Positions 38,846-48,615 of a stretch of 64,000 nt of DNA are shown piece by piece (within the stretch, counting starts at the first letter, position 1; every line of letters starts with the position of its first letter). The notes below the pieces were generated by a model that was given only the letters and a program-made list of their open reading frames with translations, did no database searches and was not told the origin of the DNA. The translations under genes were made by a program, and so were the position numbers. The DNA is from Deltaproteobacteria bacterium TL4 (GTDB lineage: Bacteria; SAR324; NAC60-12): contig JBBCAX010000087.1 of assembly GCA_051382335.1 (NCBI GenBank), positions 1 to 64,000 on the forward strand. The letters run 5' to 3'.

Positions 38846-39406
38846 ATGTCCACAGAAAGCACACTCAACCCCTCAGTAAAACCGTTCGATGCTAAAGAAA
38901 TTGATAAAATTTGCGAGGCCCTTTTACAAAGGGATCCGTGGTACTATAACTATTTCAAGTTTGCGCTTTATACAGGCATGCGCCGAAGCGAAATCCTGGC
39001 TCTGACGTGGCATCATGTGGATCTATGGCAGAATCGGGGCTTGACGGTTCCCAACCATAATTCTCCCCGATTTTGGGAAGAAGACAGTGTTAGGATCATT
39101 GACATTGATGAAACCCTGCTAGGTCTCCTCCTCGACTTGCGATCTTCATCCAGGTGGGTTTTCCAGAAGACAGGAAAACGGATGCTCGGAGGAACAGTGA
39201 CCTTGTTTTTTACTGAATTGAGTCGCACGTTAGGAATCCAAGTTACCTCCGAGCGAATGCGCTGGACCTTTTCCATGAAGGTCTATAGCGCAATCTCCCC
39301 TGCAAACCGTGAGGACTGGAAGAAAATACAAAAAATCTTGGGACACAAAGATGTTTCAACAACTAAAAGCTATTTCCAAAGAAATATTGGATGCAAACTT
39401 CCGTAA
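38846..39406 (+). CDS. Tyrosine recombinase, catalytic domain only
   Basis: ALYTGMRRSEILALTW, ERMRWTF (HxxR position) and ILGHKDVSTTKSY motifs. Confidence 0.85.
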   Translation: MSTESTLNPSVKPFDAKEIDKICEALLQRDPWYYNYFKFALYTGMRRSEILALTWHHVDLWQNRGLTVPNHNSPRFWEEDSVRIIDIDETLLGLLLDLRSSSRWVFQKTGKRMLGGTVTLFFTELSRTLGIQVTSERMRWTFSMKVYSAISPANREDWKKIQKILGHKDVSTTKSYFQRNIGCKLP

Positions 39407-39440
39407 ATCCTACATGAAAAACCTTGTTTTCAAATATACG

Positions 39441-42362
39441 CTAAGAAGTTGCCAAATCCATCAGCTCATTAGGCTCGAGAATTAACACAATCTGTCCATC
39501 TCCCATGATGGTTGAGCCTTTTAATCCTGGAATCGACGCAAGGTAATCCTCTAGCGGTTTAACGACGATTTCCTGCTGACTGAACAGTTGGTCCACCGCA
39601 ATTCCAATCTCCATATTATTGGATTGTAACACCACAATTGCCATCTTTTTATCACCAGTCTCTTCGGTCCATTCCTCATCTTCCAGCTCTTCTTCCGTTT
39701 TGATTTGGTCCAGTTGCAACAGTTCTGTCAATGGAGTGACCCCAAGAATTTCACCTCGTAATTCCAATGCTGATTTTTCCTTGAGATGTTTCACCATTCG
39801 TTCACTAATTTGAACTGTTTCTTTAATCGCATCCAAAGGAATGGCAAATTGATGTCCATTGACACCTACCACCAGCGCTTCAATAACGGCCAAGGTCAGC
39901 GGTAACTTAAGACGCACACGTGTTCCTTCACCCAGTTTCGATTTTACCTCAACCGTTCCTTGAATGTTACGTATGTTGGTCATCACCACATCCATTCCAA
40001 CACCACGTCCTGAAATATCCGAAACCTGAGTCGCCGTTGAAAATCCAGGAGCAAAAATGAGCCCTACCGCCTGGTCCTCCGTCATTTCATCCGCTTCCGA
40101 TTGTGAAATGACGCCTTTTTTAACAGCAAGTTTTTTAATGAATTCAGTATCAATCCCTTTTCCATCATCCACAATATCAATAGCAATAAAACTGCCCATG
40201 TGACTGGCTTTTAACTCAATAGTTCCTGTTTCAGGCTTACCTGCCGCTAAACGAACTTCTGGAGTCTCAACACCATGGTCACAACTATTCCGGATGATAT
40301 GCACGAGAGGATCTCCAATTTCCTCCACTATACTTTTATCCACCTCTGTATACTCTCCGAGCATTTGGAGTTGAATCTTTTTATTGGTTTTTCTCGCAAT
40401 ATCCCTCACAATACGCGGCATACGCTGAAACACCGTCTTGACTTGAACCAACCGCATTTCCATGAGATTGTCCTGAAGGTTATCAGAAATACGACTGATA
40501 TTATTTTCAATTTGCTTAATATCCCGTGTCAAATCCGCAACTTTCTGGGTTCCATCAATACTGTCCGCCAAGTGTTTAAAGGCGTTTCTGGCAATAATCA
40601 GCTCTCCGATCAGATTCATAAACCGATCTAAACGACTCGCATCCACCCGCATCGTCTTTGACTCTGTGGCCTTTGAGTCGTTTTTTTCTGCTGTTTGCGG
40701 CGGTTTGTTTGTAACCCTTGGCTTTCTATCCTGAATTTTAGGCAAAGGTTCCTGATCTTGAGAAACCGGAGGTTCCTCATCCTCATTAACCTCCATTTCA
40801 GGTTCCGGCTTCGGTCTTGGTTTTGGAGGCGGCGGAGGTGGGGGCGGAGGCGGCAGTGGAGGTTGTGGCACTGCAACGATCTTAGGTTCTGGCTTTGAAG
40901 GTTGCGTTTGTTTTGCGGGAGTTGAAGATTTAGAGCTTACGCCCTGAAGCGCTTGAATGGTAGCGATAATTTTATCATGCAAAGGTTTTTGTTCTTCATT
41001 TAATAACTTCTCTGCTTGCTCCAGTTCACCACCAAGTAACTTAAGTAATAACTCCTCATATTCGCTAAGAAATTGATGAAGATCTGTAAGACCACAATAA
41101 CTTGCGCCTCCATTCAAAGTTTTTAATGAACGGTGGAGGGTGATCAATCCATGTTCATCCAAAAACCCCTTATTCATTTCTTCACGGTACGCTTTTAATA
41201 CTTCCAGTTGTTGATTTGCTCCTGTCAAAAAGACGCTGAGCTTATCACTCTCCCCGTCCTTTTTATCTTTTTCCAAGGCGACTTCTTTGTCAACAGTTGG
41301 AAAAATAGTAGGGGTCTCACCTTCAATCACCGCATCCAACTGAATTGCCGCTTCTGTGATCTCTATAACTTGAGCATAGTCTTCAATCTTGATGTAAAAA
41401 ACCATCGTTCGCAGAATATCAATACTCCGAAAAACAATGTCACCAATATCCTTGGTGTATTTCAAGTTGCCTTTACGCAAATTATCAAAAACACTTTCAA
41501 CACGATGACTTAAAATTTCAATTTGCTTTAAATTTACATATCCTGCGGTTCCTTTTATCGAATGAATGGCTCGGAAAAATTCATTGATCGGATTGATGTC
41601 CTCCGGCGTCTCTTCAAGTGCCAGTAAACTTTCTTCAATAGTTTCAAGATGTTCTTCCGCCTCTAAAACAAATTGGCCTAAAAGTTCTGTAGATATCTGA
41701 GTTCTGAGACTCTCTTCAATCAGAGGCGCAGGAGGGTATTTATCGGATGACTTTGTTCCTTTGGTCGCAACGGTTGGAGCAACGGGTTCCAAAGAAGGAA
41801 GAGGGACTTTATTCGTATAATCCTTCATCATCTGATCAAAATCAATACCATCCCTCTTACCGATGACAACGGCCACAGGCGTCGTTGTAGCAGGCGTTTC
41901 TTCTTTTGGAGGTTCGGGGGAAGCTTTCTTTTCAGCAGTTGCGGCTCCTCCACCGCTCAAAACAGAGTCCGATGCTGATGCAATAATTTGCTCAAGAGTC
42001 GCAATCGTTTGCGCTACACTTGGAGACTCATTTTCTCCCACCAAAGCAAAGACTAAGGCCTTCAACTCATCAATGGCAGGCAAGAGAAAATCCAACAACC
42101 GAGGCGTCATTGGCATTTTTACTTGACGTACGAGGTCAAAAACAGATTCCAGTTTATGAGATAATTGACTCACTTCTGTCAGTCCCATGAAACCCGCTGT
42201 TCCCTTGAGAGTGTGCATCACCCTAAACAGGTTATTCATAATGGACGTATCATCGGGAGACTCTTCCATGGCAATCAGATCATCTTCCATGGAATCGAAG
42301 GCTTCGCGGCTGTCTTCCACAAACCCTTCAATCATCTCTCTTAAATCAGCATCCATTTCCAT
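39441..42362 (-). CDS. cheA: Chemotaxis histidine kinase with multiple Hpt domains
   Basis: Hpt motifs FRVMHTLKG and FRAIHSIKG; DPLVHIIRNSCDHG, SGRGVGMDVV and a C-terminal CheW-like domain. Confidence 0.97.
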   Translation of the reverse strand: MEMDADLREMIEGFVEDSREAFDSMEDDLIAMEESPDDTSIMNNLFRVMHTLKGTAGFMGLTEVSQLSHKLESVFDLVRQVKMPMTPRLLDFLLPAIDELKALVFALVGENESPSVAQTIATLEQIIASASDSVLSGGGAATAEKKASPEPPKEETPATTTPVAVVIGKRDGIDFDQMMKDYTNKVPLPSLEPVAPTVATKGTKSSDKYPPAPLIEESLRTQISTELLGQFVLEAEEHLETIEESLLALEETPEDINPINEFFRAIHSIKGTAGYVNLKQIEILSHRVESVFDNLRKGNLKYTKDIGDIVFRSIDILRTMVFYIKIEDYAQVIEITEAAIQLDAVIEGETPTIFPTVDKEVALEKDKKDGESDKLSVFLTGANQQLEVLKAYREEMNKGFLDEHGLITLHRSLKTLNGGASYCGLTDLHQFLSEYEELLLKLLGGELEQAEKLLNEEQKPLHDKIIATIQALQGVSSKSSTPAKQTQPSKPEPKIVAVPQPPLPPPPPPPPPPKPRPKPEPEMEVNEDEEPPVSQDQEPLPKIQDRKPRVTNKPPQTAEKNDSKATESKTMRVDASRLDRFMNLIGELIIARNAFKHLADSIDGTQKVADLTRDIKQIENNISRISDNLQDNLMEMRLVQVKTVFQRMPRIVRDIARKTNKKIQLQMLGEYTEVDKSIVEEIGDPLVHIIRNSCDHGVETPEVRLAAGKPETGTIELKASHMGSFIAIDIVDDGKGIDTEFIKKLAVKKGVISQSEADEMTEDQAVGLIFAPGFSTATQVSDISGRGVGMDVVMTNIRNIQGTVEVKSKLGEGTRVRLKLPLTLAVIEALVVGVNGHQFAIPLDAIKETVQISERMVKHLKEKSALELRGEILGVTPLTELLQLDQIKTEEELEDEEWTEETGDKKMAIVVLQSNNMEIGIAVDQLFSQQEIVVKPLEDYLASIPGLKGSTIMGDGQIVLILEPNELMDLATS

Positions 42363-42365
42363 AGA

Positions 42366-42788
42366 TTATCCTCTCAAAAAAGTATCTTGCATCACTTGGT
42401 GCCAACGAACTATACGCGTTTCTACATCGTGAACGGCTTTTTGAAGGATGCTGACATCTACAAAAGGTTTTGTAAAATAATCACAAGCTCCATGGCCTAA
42501 ACATTCAATAACATAATTGAGGCTTGAATACCCCGTCATCATGATCACTTGACACAAAGGATTAATCTTTTTCAGTTCACGCAGTAACTCACTGCCTAAC
42601 ATTTCCGGCATTTTTATATCACATAGCACAATTTGAAAGAGGTCCTCTCTCATCAAATCCAGCGCTTCATGAGGACTCGTGGTACAAGTGACCTTCAGTC
42701 CTTCAGGTTCAAACAAGAGTGCTAATGTTTTTAAAATGACAGGCTCGTCGTCTACGATCAGCAGTTTTACAGTGATTTCAGGGGTCAT
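42366..42788 (-). CDS. Single-domain response regulator
   Basis: VDDE, CDIKMP, TG and KPF motifs. Confidence 0.9.
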   Translation of the reverse strand: MTPEITVKLLIVDDEPVILKTLALLFEPEGLKVTCTTSPHEALDLMREDLFQIVLCDIKMPEMLGSELLRELKKINPLCQVIMMTGYSSLNYVIECLGHGACDYFTKPFVDVSILQKAVHDVETRIVRWHQVMQDTFLRG

Positions 42789-42822
42789 TCCAGCTTATGG
42801 CATAAGTTGATAGAATCAGGAT

Positions 42823-43194
42823 TTATTCACCCGCAACCAGCATTTTTGCATTTTGAATCAGTTCTTCAGATTTCACAGGTTTAATCACATACAAATTAGC
42901 GCCGGCTTTAAACCCCTTTAATTTATCTTCTGCTTCGGATTCAGTAGAAATGATGACAATTGGCGTTTGAGCATATTGGGACTCTTTACGGATTGCTTCG
43001 CATAAAGAATATCCATCCATCTTAGGCATGTTGACATCTGTGATAATCAAGTCATACTGAGACTCAAGCAATTTTTCCATTGCTTCATATCCATTACTCG
43101 CTTCAACTACATCAAAGCCGCCGGACTTTAACATAAATGAATGAATATTGCGAACAATAGCTGAATCGTCGACTACTAGTACTCGCTTGGCCAT
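42823..43194 (-). CDS. cheY: CheY-like response regulator
   Basis: VVDDS, TDVNMPKMDG and KP motifs; located in the che cluster. Confidence 0.85.
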   Translation of the reverse strand: MAKRVLVVDDSAIVRNIHSFMLKSGGFDVVEASNGYEAMEKLLESQYDLIITDVNMPKMDGYSLCEAIRKESQYAQTPIVIISTESEAEDKLKGFKAGANLYVIKPVKSEELIQNAKMLVAGE

Positions 43195-43297
43195 GTTGAT
43201 TTCCTCTATAATTAATGAACTGAACTTTATTTATCCCGTTAATACTATATATACGTTGAAAAGCTTTATGTAAAGCTATCTATCAACTCTCCTAACC

Positions 43298-44128
43298 TCA
43301 TTTTTGATAAGAAAGAGATTTTTTAAATTTGACCAGCTTGAATGCTGCACTCAACCGGCCCACTGACTCGGAATGCCCTAAAAAAATAAACCCGTTCGGG
43401 TTTAACGTTCCATAAAATGAGTTAATGACTTGCTTCCGTGAAGGATCATCAAAATAAATCAGAACATTTCTGCAAAAAACGAAGTCTATTTTCCTTTGTT
43501 TGCGCATTTCGACTCGATCCACCAAGTTTAAATACTTGAATTCAATAGAAGTTTTAAGCCAATTATGAATCTCGTAACGACCATCCGGCAAAGGTTTGAA
43601 ATATCGCTCCAATAACGGTTTGGAGACATCTTTCACCGAACGCGTGTCATAAATTCCTTCCTGTGCCTTTTTTAAAATTTTTCTATCAATATCTGTCGCC
43701 ATTAAATGAATCGTCCAGCCTGAGAAGTCTCTCAACTGCTCTCTTAATAGAATGGCGATGGTATAGATTTCCTCTCCGGAAGAACAGGCCGCGCTCCAGA
43801 TACTGAGGGTTTTATCGCCCTGTTTTCTTTTCTCTGCCAAGACTAACGGAAGCGCTTCTTCCACAAATGACTCCAATTGAGGGATATGCCTAAAAAAATA
43901 GGTTTCATTGGTAGTCAATAACTCTATTAAATTTGCCATTTCCTCCGTATCTTTGGCAAATTTGAGTGCTCGGTAGTAATCCTGAAATGATGAATATTCC
44001 CCCTCTTTTATTCTGCGGCCTATGCGTTTTTCAACAAAATAATGCTTTCTTTCGTCAAAAAACAGTCCAGAATAATCATAAATCAGACTTTTGATTTGCT
44101 GAAATTCCTCCTGTTCTAGTTTGAACAT
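43298..44128 (-). CDS. cheR: Chemotaxis methyltransferase
   Basis: TTNETYFFR, WSAACSSGEE, FCRNVLIYFD and GHSES motifs. Confidence 0.97.
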   Translation of the reverse strand: MFKLEQEEFQQIKSLIYDYSGLFFDERKHYFVEKRIGRRIKEGEYSSFQDYYRALKFAKDTEEMANLIELLTTNETYFFRHIPQLESFVEEALPLVLAEKRKQGDKTLSIWSAACSSGEEIYTIAILLREQLRDFSGWTIHLMATDIDRKILKKAQEGIYDTRSVKDVSKPLLERYFKPLPDGRYEIHNWLKTSIEFKYLNLVDRVEMRKQRKIDFVFCRNVLIYFDDPSRKQVINSFYGTLNPNGFIFLGHSESVGRLSAAFKLVKFKKSLSYQK

Positions 44129-44226
44129 CGATAGTTACCACCGCAAAAACTTATAAATATCAGAAAACCCCAATCCAGGGCACCCATTCCTGAAGAATCA
44201 TCGCTCCTCTCAAAGTCTTGAAAAAA

Positions 44227-45300
44227 CTAAAACGCATGTGTCTTGTACAAGTCAATAATTTTTTGAGGAATATTCCCAATGGGAAGTATAAACTCCGCAC
44301 CTCCCCGCTCTATGGCTCGTTTTGGCATACCAAAAACGGTACAGGTTTCTTCAGATTCGACAATACTATGTCCTCCCATTTTTCTTAAACGAGCCACCCC
44401 CTCGGCACCATCAGATCCCATCCCCGTCAAGACAACCCCCAACCATCGCTTTCCTAAAACCTGACACAAGGAATGAAACAAAACATCCACCGAAGGACAG
44501 TTAATATCCTGAGAGGTTCCAGGCCTGATTTTAATGAATTGAATTCGTTCATTGCGAGCTGTGACTTCCATATGCTGTCCCCCCTTGGCAATATAAACTG
44601 TCCCTCTTTCAATGATCTCCTGATCCTCGGCCTCCTTAACCCGCATAGCACAAACCTCATCAAGATGTGACGCTAATTTATGGGTAAATTTTTCAGGCAT
44701 GTGCTGAACGATCAACAAACTCACATTCCAATCAGCAGGGAATACTGGCAGCATTTCATATAATGTATGGGGGCCTCCTGTAGAAACTCCGATTCCAATA
44801 ATATGGGGAGACTCTGATTGTCCTGGCGGTACATGAAGCATTTCTTTAGCAGGTTTTTCATGCTTCGGTAAGGAGAACGTCGCTCTTTTCCTTAACTTAT
44901 CTCTCCCGGTTTGAACTGCGAGTTTGACCTTTTTTATAAGCTCTTCGGTCTGCTTGCTAATATCCAGCGAAACCGATCCTGACGGCTTGTGAATAAAATC
45001 AAAGGCACCATAAGCCAGCGCTTTGATCGTTTCTTCAGCACCTTCTTCTGTCCTGGCACTCACCATAATCACAGGCAAAGGATGTTGCTCCATCACCACC
45101 TGAAGCACCTCCAGTCCATCCATAACAGGCATATTCACATCCAGGGTGATAATATCCGGATCCACTTCCTTGATTTTCGCCATCACCACCCCCCCATGTC
45201 TCGCAGTACCTACCACCTTGATCAAAGGGTCTGTTTCCAGCATCTTACTAAGCTCACTACGCATCAACGCAGAATCATCAACAACCAGTACCTTGATCAT
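44227..45300 (-). CDS. cheB: Chemotaxis methylesterase/deamidase
   Basis: Receiver domain plus GVSTGGP, VQHMP and LTGMGSDG motifs. Confidence 0.97.
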   Translation of the reverse strand: MIKVLVVDDSALMRSELSKMLETDPLIKVVGTARHGGVVMAKIKEVDPDIITLDVNMPVMDGLEVLQVVMEQHPLPVIMVSARTEEGAEETIKALAYGAFDFIHKPSGSVSLDISKQTEELIKKVKLAVQTGRDKLRKRATFSLPKHEKPAKEMLHVPPGQSESPHIIGIGVSTGGPHTLYEMLPVFPADWNVSLLIVQHMPEKFTHKLASHLDEVCAMRVKEAEDQEIIERGTVYIAKGGQHMEVTARNERIQFIKIRPGTSQDINCPSVDVLFHSLCQVLGKRWLGVVLTGMGSDGAEGVARLRKMGGHSIVESEETCTVFGMPKRAIERGGAEFILPIGNIPQKIIDLYKTHAF

Positions 45301-45369
45301 GCTACTTACTTTCTTTTGGGAAAAATGAAACTTTTACCTGTTGGGATCAACCGCTTCAAAAGCAGCCCA

Positions 45370-46881
45370 TTAGACCGAGGCTTCGAGGAGTGCAGGTTCC
45401 CACTCTCCATCATATTGTTCCGATTGCGCCAGTGTTTCCATGGTATCAATCAGTATGATCAACTCCCCATCATCCGAGACTCGTCCAATGCCCTCCACAA
45501 ACTGATTATATCGCCCTGAAACCAGTCCAGAAGGCTTTTCGAAATGGTTATAAGGGACATGTTCAATACCCAGAATTTGATCCACCTGAAACCCCGCTTT
45601 TTGATCATTAACTTCCACAATAACGATCCGAGTCGCTTCTGTGACCGAATTTGAGGGATTCCCAAAAAGCGTAGCCATTTCAATAATGGTGATCACATCC
45701 CCTCTCAGATTAACCACACCCTTCACAAAAGGAGGCGATTTAGGCACCGAAACCATTTTTTGCATCACGGTGATTTCGTTGATCTCCAGGACACGAATCG
45801 CAAATATTTCTTTCCCTACACGAAATTTTAAGATGGAAATGATCTCTGAAAGTGCGGACTCTTCGGAGTGATCCTCTTCAACATCATTTAATTCTTCCTG
45901 AAGTTGCTCCAAATGTGATTGTTCCTCCTGAGTCAAAAGACTGGAAAGGTTCAAGGCCATAATCACTTCCGTGCGATCTCCCTGTTTCAGTTTAATGATC
46001 CCTTCCAATTGCTCTGCACTACGCCCACTGATATTGGGAGGAGGAGGAACAATATTGGTTTCCAAAATATGAAACACCTCCGTGATCTGATCCACAATCA
46101 AGCCCATGGAAAGCCCGTCTTCATTCACAATCAAGACCGCTGTATCTTCCGTATAGGCTTCCTGCTTCATATTAAAACGGCGTCCTAACTTAAGAATGGG
46201 AAGGGCTTGATCACGCTGATAAAAAATGCCTTCAATCTCGTGAGCCATTTCCGGAACAACGGTGATTTTAGGCAGTTCTATAATTTCTTCCACGTAATTA
46301 ATATCCAGAGCGTAATTTTCCTTCCCCAGCTTAAACCCAATGAGAATGCGCTCTTTTACTACCTCTGCAACCTGTAGATGATGAGTCGCTTTCTTACGTT
46401 CGTCATCTGGGCTCAAGTGAGATTGTAACACCAACTCCCTTGAGTCAATCAACTTATCAGTGTCCAGCAGAAGTAAAACCGAATCCTCTAGCTGTACCGA
46501 GCCAAAAATGTACTTAGCCTCCTTTTGCATCATGACCGCAGGAGGGGGACGAACATCTTTAGAAGCAATCGGAAGAACGCGCGTCACAGAATCGACAATC
46601 ATCCCCACCTTCAAATTCGAGATGGAAACGATGAGGATCCGTGTCATGTGAGTCGGTTCCGTATCTGGCATCATAAAACGCCTCCGCAGATCAATCACAG
46701 AGATCACCTCTCCCCGAAGGTTGATCATCCCTGAAAAATACCTTGGGGCTCTGGGGACGGGTGTGATTTTATCAGCCAAGGTGATGATTTCCTCCACCGC
46801 ATGGATCAGAACACCAAACACCTCATTATTCACGACAAAGGTGACAAATTGTGAAATCTCAGCATGGGGGTCTATTCTCAT
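45370..46881 (-). CDS. cheW: Triple-domain CheW protein
   Basis: Three CheW repeats (GMINLRGEV, EGIFYQRDQ, GVVNLRGDV). ATG at 46881 with AAGGA RBS preferred to GTG at 46965. Confidence 0.92.
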   Translation of the reverse strand: MRIDPHAEISQFVTFVVNNEVFGVLIHAVEEIITLADKITPVPRAPRYFSGMINLRGEVISVIDLRRRFMMPDTEPTHMTRILIVSISNLKVGMIVDSVTRVLPIASKDVRPPPAVMMQKEAKYIFGSVQLEDSVLLLLDTDKLIDSRELVLQSHLSPDDERKKATHHLQVAEVVKERILIGFKLGKENYALDINYVEEIIELPKITVVPEMAHEIEGIFYQRDQALPILKLGRRFNMKQEAYTEDTAVLIVNEDGLSMGLIVDQITEVFHILETNIVPPPPNISGRSAEQLEGIIKLKQGDRTEVIMALNLSSLLTQEEQSHLEQLQEELNDVEEDHSEESALSEIISILKFRVGKEIFAIRVLEINEITVMQKMVSVPKSPPFVKGVVNLRGDVITIIEMATLFGNPSNSVTEATRIVIVEVNDQKAGFQVDQILGIEHVPYNHFEKPSGLVSGRYNQFVEGIGRVSDDGELIILIDTMETLAQSEQYDGEWEPALLEASV

Positions 46882-46982
46882 AACATCCTTACCAACATGA
46901 TAATCACGACATTTTCTTACAGAAGAACATTCACCTTGAATTCCTTTGAATCCTGTTGAAAACACTCACCTGTTCTCACGGA

Positions 46983-48434
46983 TTATTCCTCTTCAAAGCT
47001 ATCTCCCTCCACTCGATACTCATTCAATTTATTTCGAAGTGTACGAATACTGATACCTAGAATTTTAGCGGCATGAGTACGATTACCTTCCGTTTTTTTC
47101 AAGGTTTCAAAAATAAGTTTTTTCTCCGCCTCTTTCATCGACATTCCGACCTCAATCCCTAATGAGGATGACAGTGAAGGTGTTGAAACGGGAGAAACTT
47201 CACCAACCATACTCGTGGATGCCGCCAAGTCTTCATTAATGGAACGTGTTCCGGTTTGAGAATGCATCAGTAAATTTTGCGGTTTAATGACTTTCCCATT
47301 ACACAACAACAAGGCCCGCTCAATTACATTTTCCAACTCTCTGACATTTCCACGCCAATTATAATTAAAAAGAACCTCCAGCGTTTCTTTATCGATTTCA
47401 GGGCACTCGCGTTTATTGAGTTCAGAATGCTTTTTCAAGAAAAAATCAACCAATACGGGAACATCATCTTTACGTTCTCTTAAGGGGGGTAGTTCCAAGG
47501 GGATAACATTGAGTCGAAAATATAAATCTTCCCTGAACTTTTGGTCCTCTATCAGCTTTAACATATTTCGATTCGTTGTCGCAACAACTCTTACATCAAC
47601 ACGGACAGGATCTTTACCTCCCACCTTATCAATTTCATGTTCTTGCAAGACACGCAAGAGTTTTGCTTGTAAAGGGAGTGCCATTTCACTAATTTCATCC
47701 AGCAAAATAGTTCCTCCCTGGGCTTGCTCAAATTTTCCACGATGATCTTGGGTGGCACCTGTGAACGCACCTTTTTTATAACCAAACAGTTCACTTTCTA
47801 GCAAGGTATCAGGTAAAGCGGCACAGTTAATGGCGACAAAAGGGAAATTACAACGGTCTGAGTGCTGATGAATGTAGCGTGCTAATAACTCCTTCCCCGT
47901 TCCACTCTCGCTCTGGATCAAAACCGTCGCTTTACTCTGCGCAATATTTTTGACGACCAGGAGCAGATTTAACATGGATTTGTTCTGCGTGACAATCTCT
48001 TTATAAAAAGAAGATTCCGCCGCTCTTTGGGGAGAATCGGCTTTTTGAGAGGCAAGGGGCGGACGCTCTTTGAACGCCAAAGCCCGTTCGACCACAAAGC
48101 TGAAGGTTTCAAAATTGAAAGGTTTGACAATATAATCAAACGCTCCATGCTTCATGGCCTCCACTGCGGTTTCAATTGTGCCGTAAGCTGTGACCATAAT
48201 CACAGGACTCTGGGGTTTCATCGCCTTGATATCTTTCAATAACTCCAAGCCACTGCGCTTAGGCATGGTCATATCAGTAATGACCAGTGAGTACGGATTC
48301 TCCTTAAATTTTTTGAGCGCATCAATAGCGTTATGCGAAAGTTCAACATCATATCCACAATGCTTCAGCGTTTCGGACATAGCAATTCGCATCTCAACTT
48401 CATCATCAACAATCAATATGGGGTGCTCTGTCAT
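46983..48434 (-). CDS. Sigma54-dependent response regulator (FleR/FlrC-like)
   Basis: Receiver domain, ESGTGKE, GAFTGA, FREDLYFRLNV and Fis-type HTH. Confidence 0.93.
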   Translation of the reverse strand: MTEHPILIVDDEVEMRIAMSETLKHCGYDVELSHNAIDALKKFKENPYSLVITDMTMPKRSGLELLKDIKAMKPQSPVIMVTAYGTIETAVEAMKHGAFDYIVKPFNFETFSFVVERALAFKERPPLASQKADSPQRAAESSFYKEIVTQNKSMLNLLLVVKNIAQSKATVLIQSESGTGKELLARYIHQHSDRCNFPFVAINCAALPDTLLESELFGYKKGAFTGATQDHRGKFEQAQGGTILLDEISEMALPLQAKLLRVLQEHEIDKVGGKDPVRVDVRVVATTNRNMLKLIEDQKFREDLYFRLNVIPLELPPLRERKDDVPVLVDFFLKKHSELNKRECPEIDKETLEVLFNYNWRGNVRELENVIERALLLCNGKVIKPQNLLMHSQTGTRSINEDLAASTSMVGEVSPVSTPSLSSSLGIEVGMSMKEAEKKLIFETLKKTEGNRTHAAKILGISIRTLRNKLNEYRVEGDSFEEE

Positions 48435-48615
48435 AAGCTTTCCTTTCCCTGGTACTGGAGCAATTTTAAGGAGCGGAGACTAAAGAATGTGTCATTATTG
48501 CGCTGTTTTTTAATACTTGGGGCAATTGAACGTTTGCCTGAGGAATGAAGGCGCTCAAACACCCAAGAAAATCAAAATAAACGGGCAAGAGTTACATGTT
48601 GTTTAATTTCCGTTC

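Noticed and set aside
31003..39406. Prophage suggested by the immunity-like gene and the recombinase
   Set aside because: No structural, terminase, replication or lysis genes; the intervening genes look cellular.
40826..40866. GGC/GGA-rich low-complexity tract
   Set aside because: It encodes the polyproline linker of CheA and is not a separate element.
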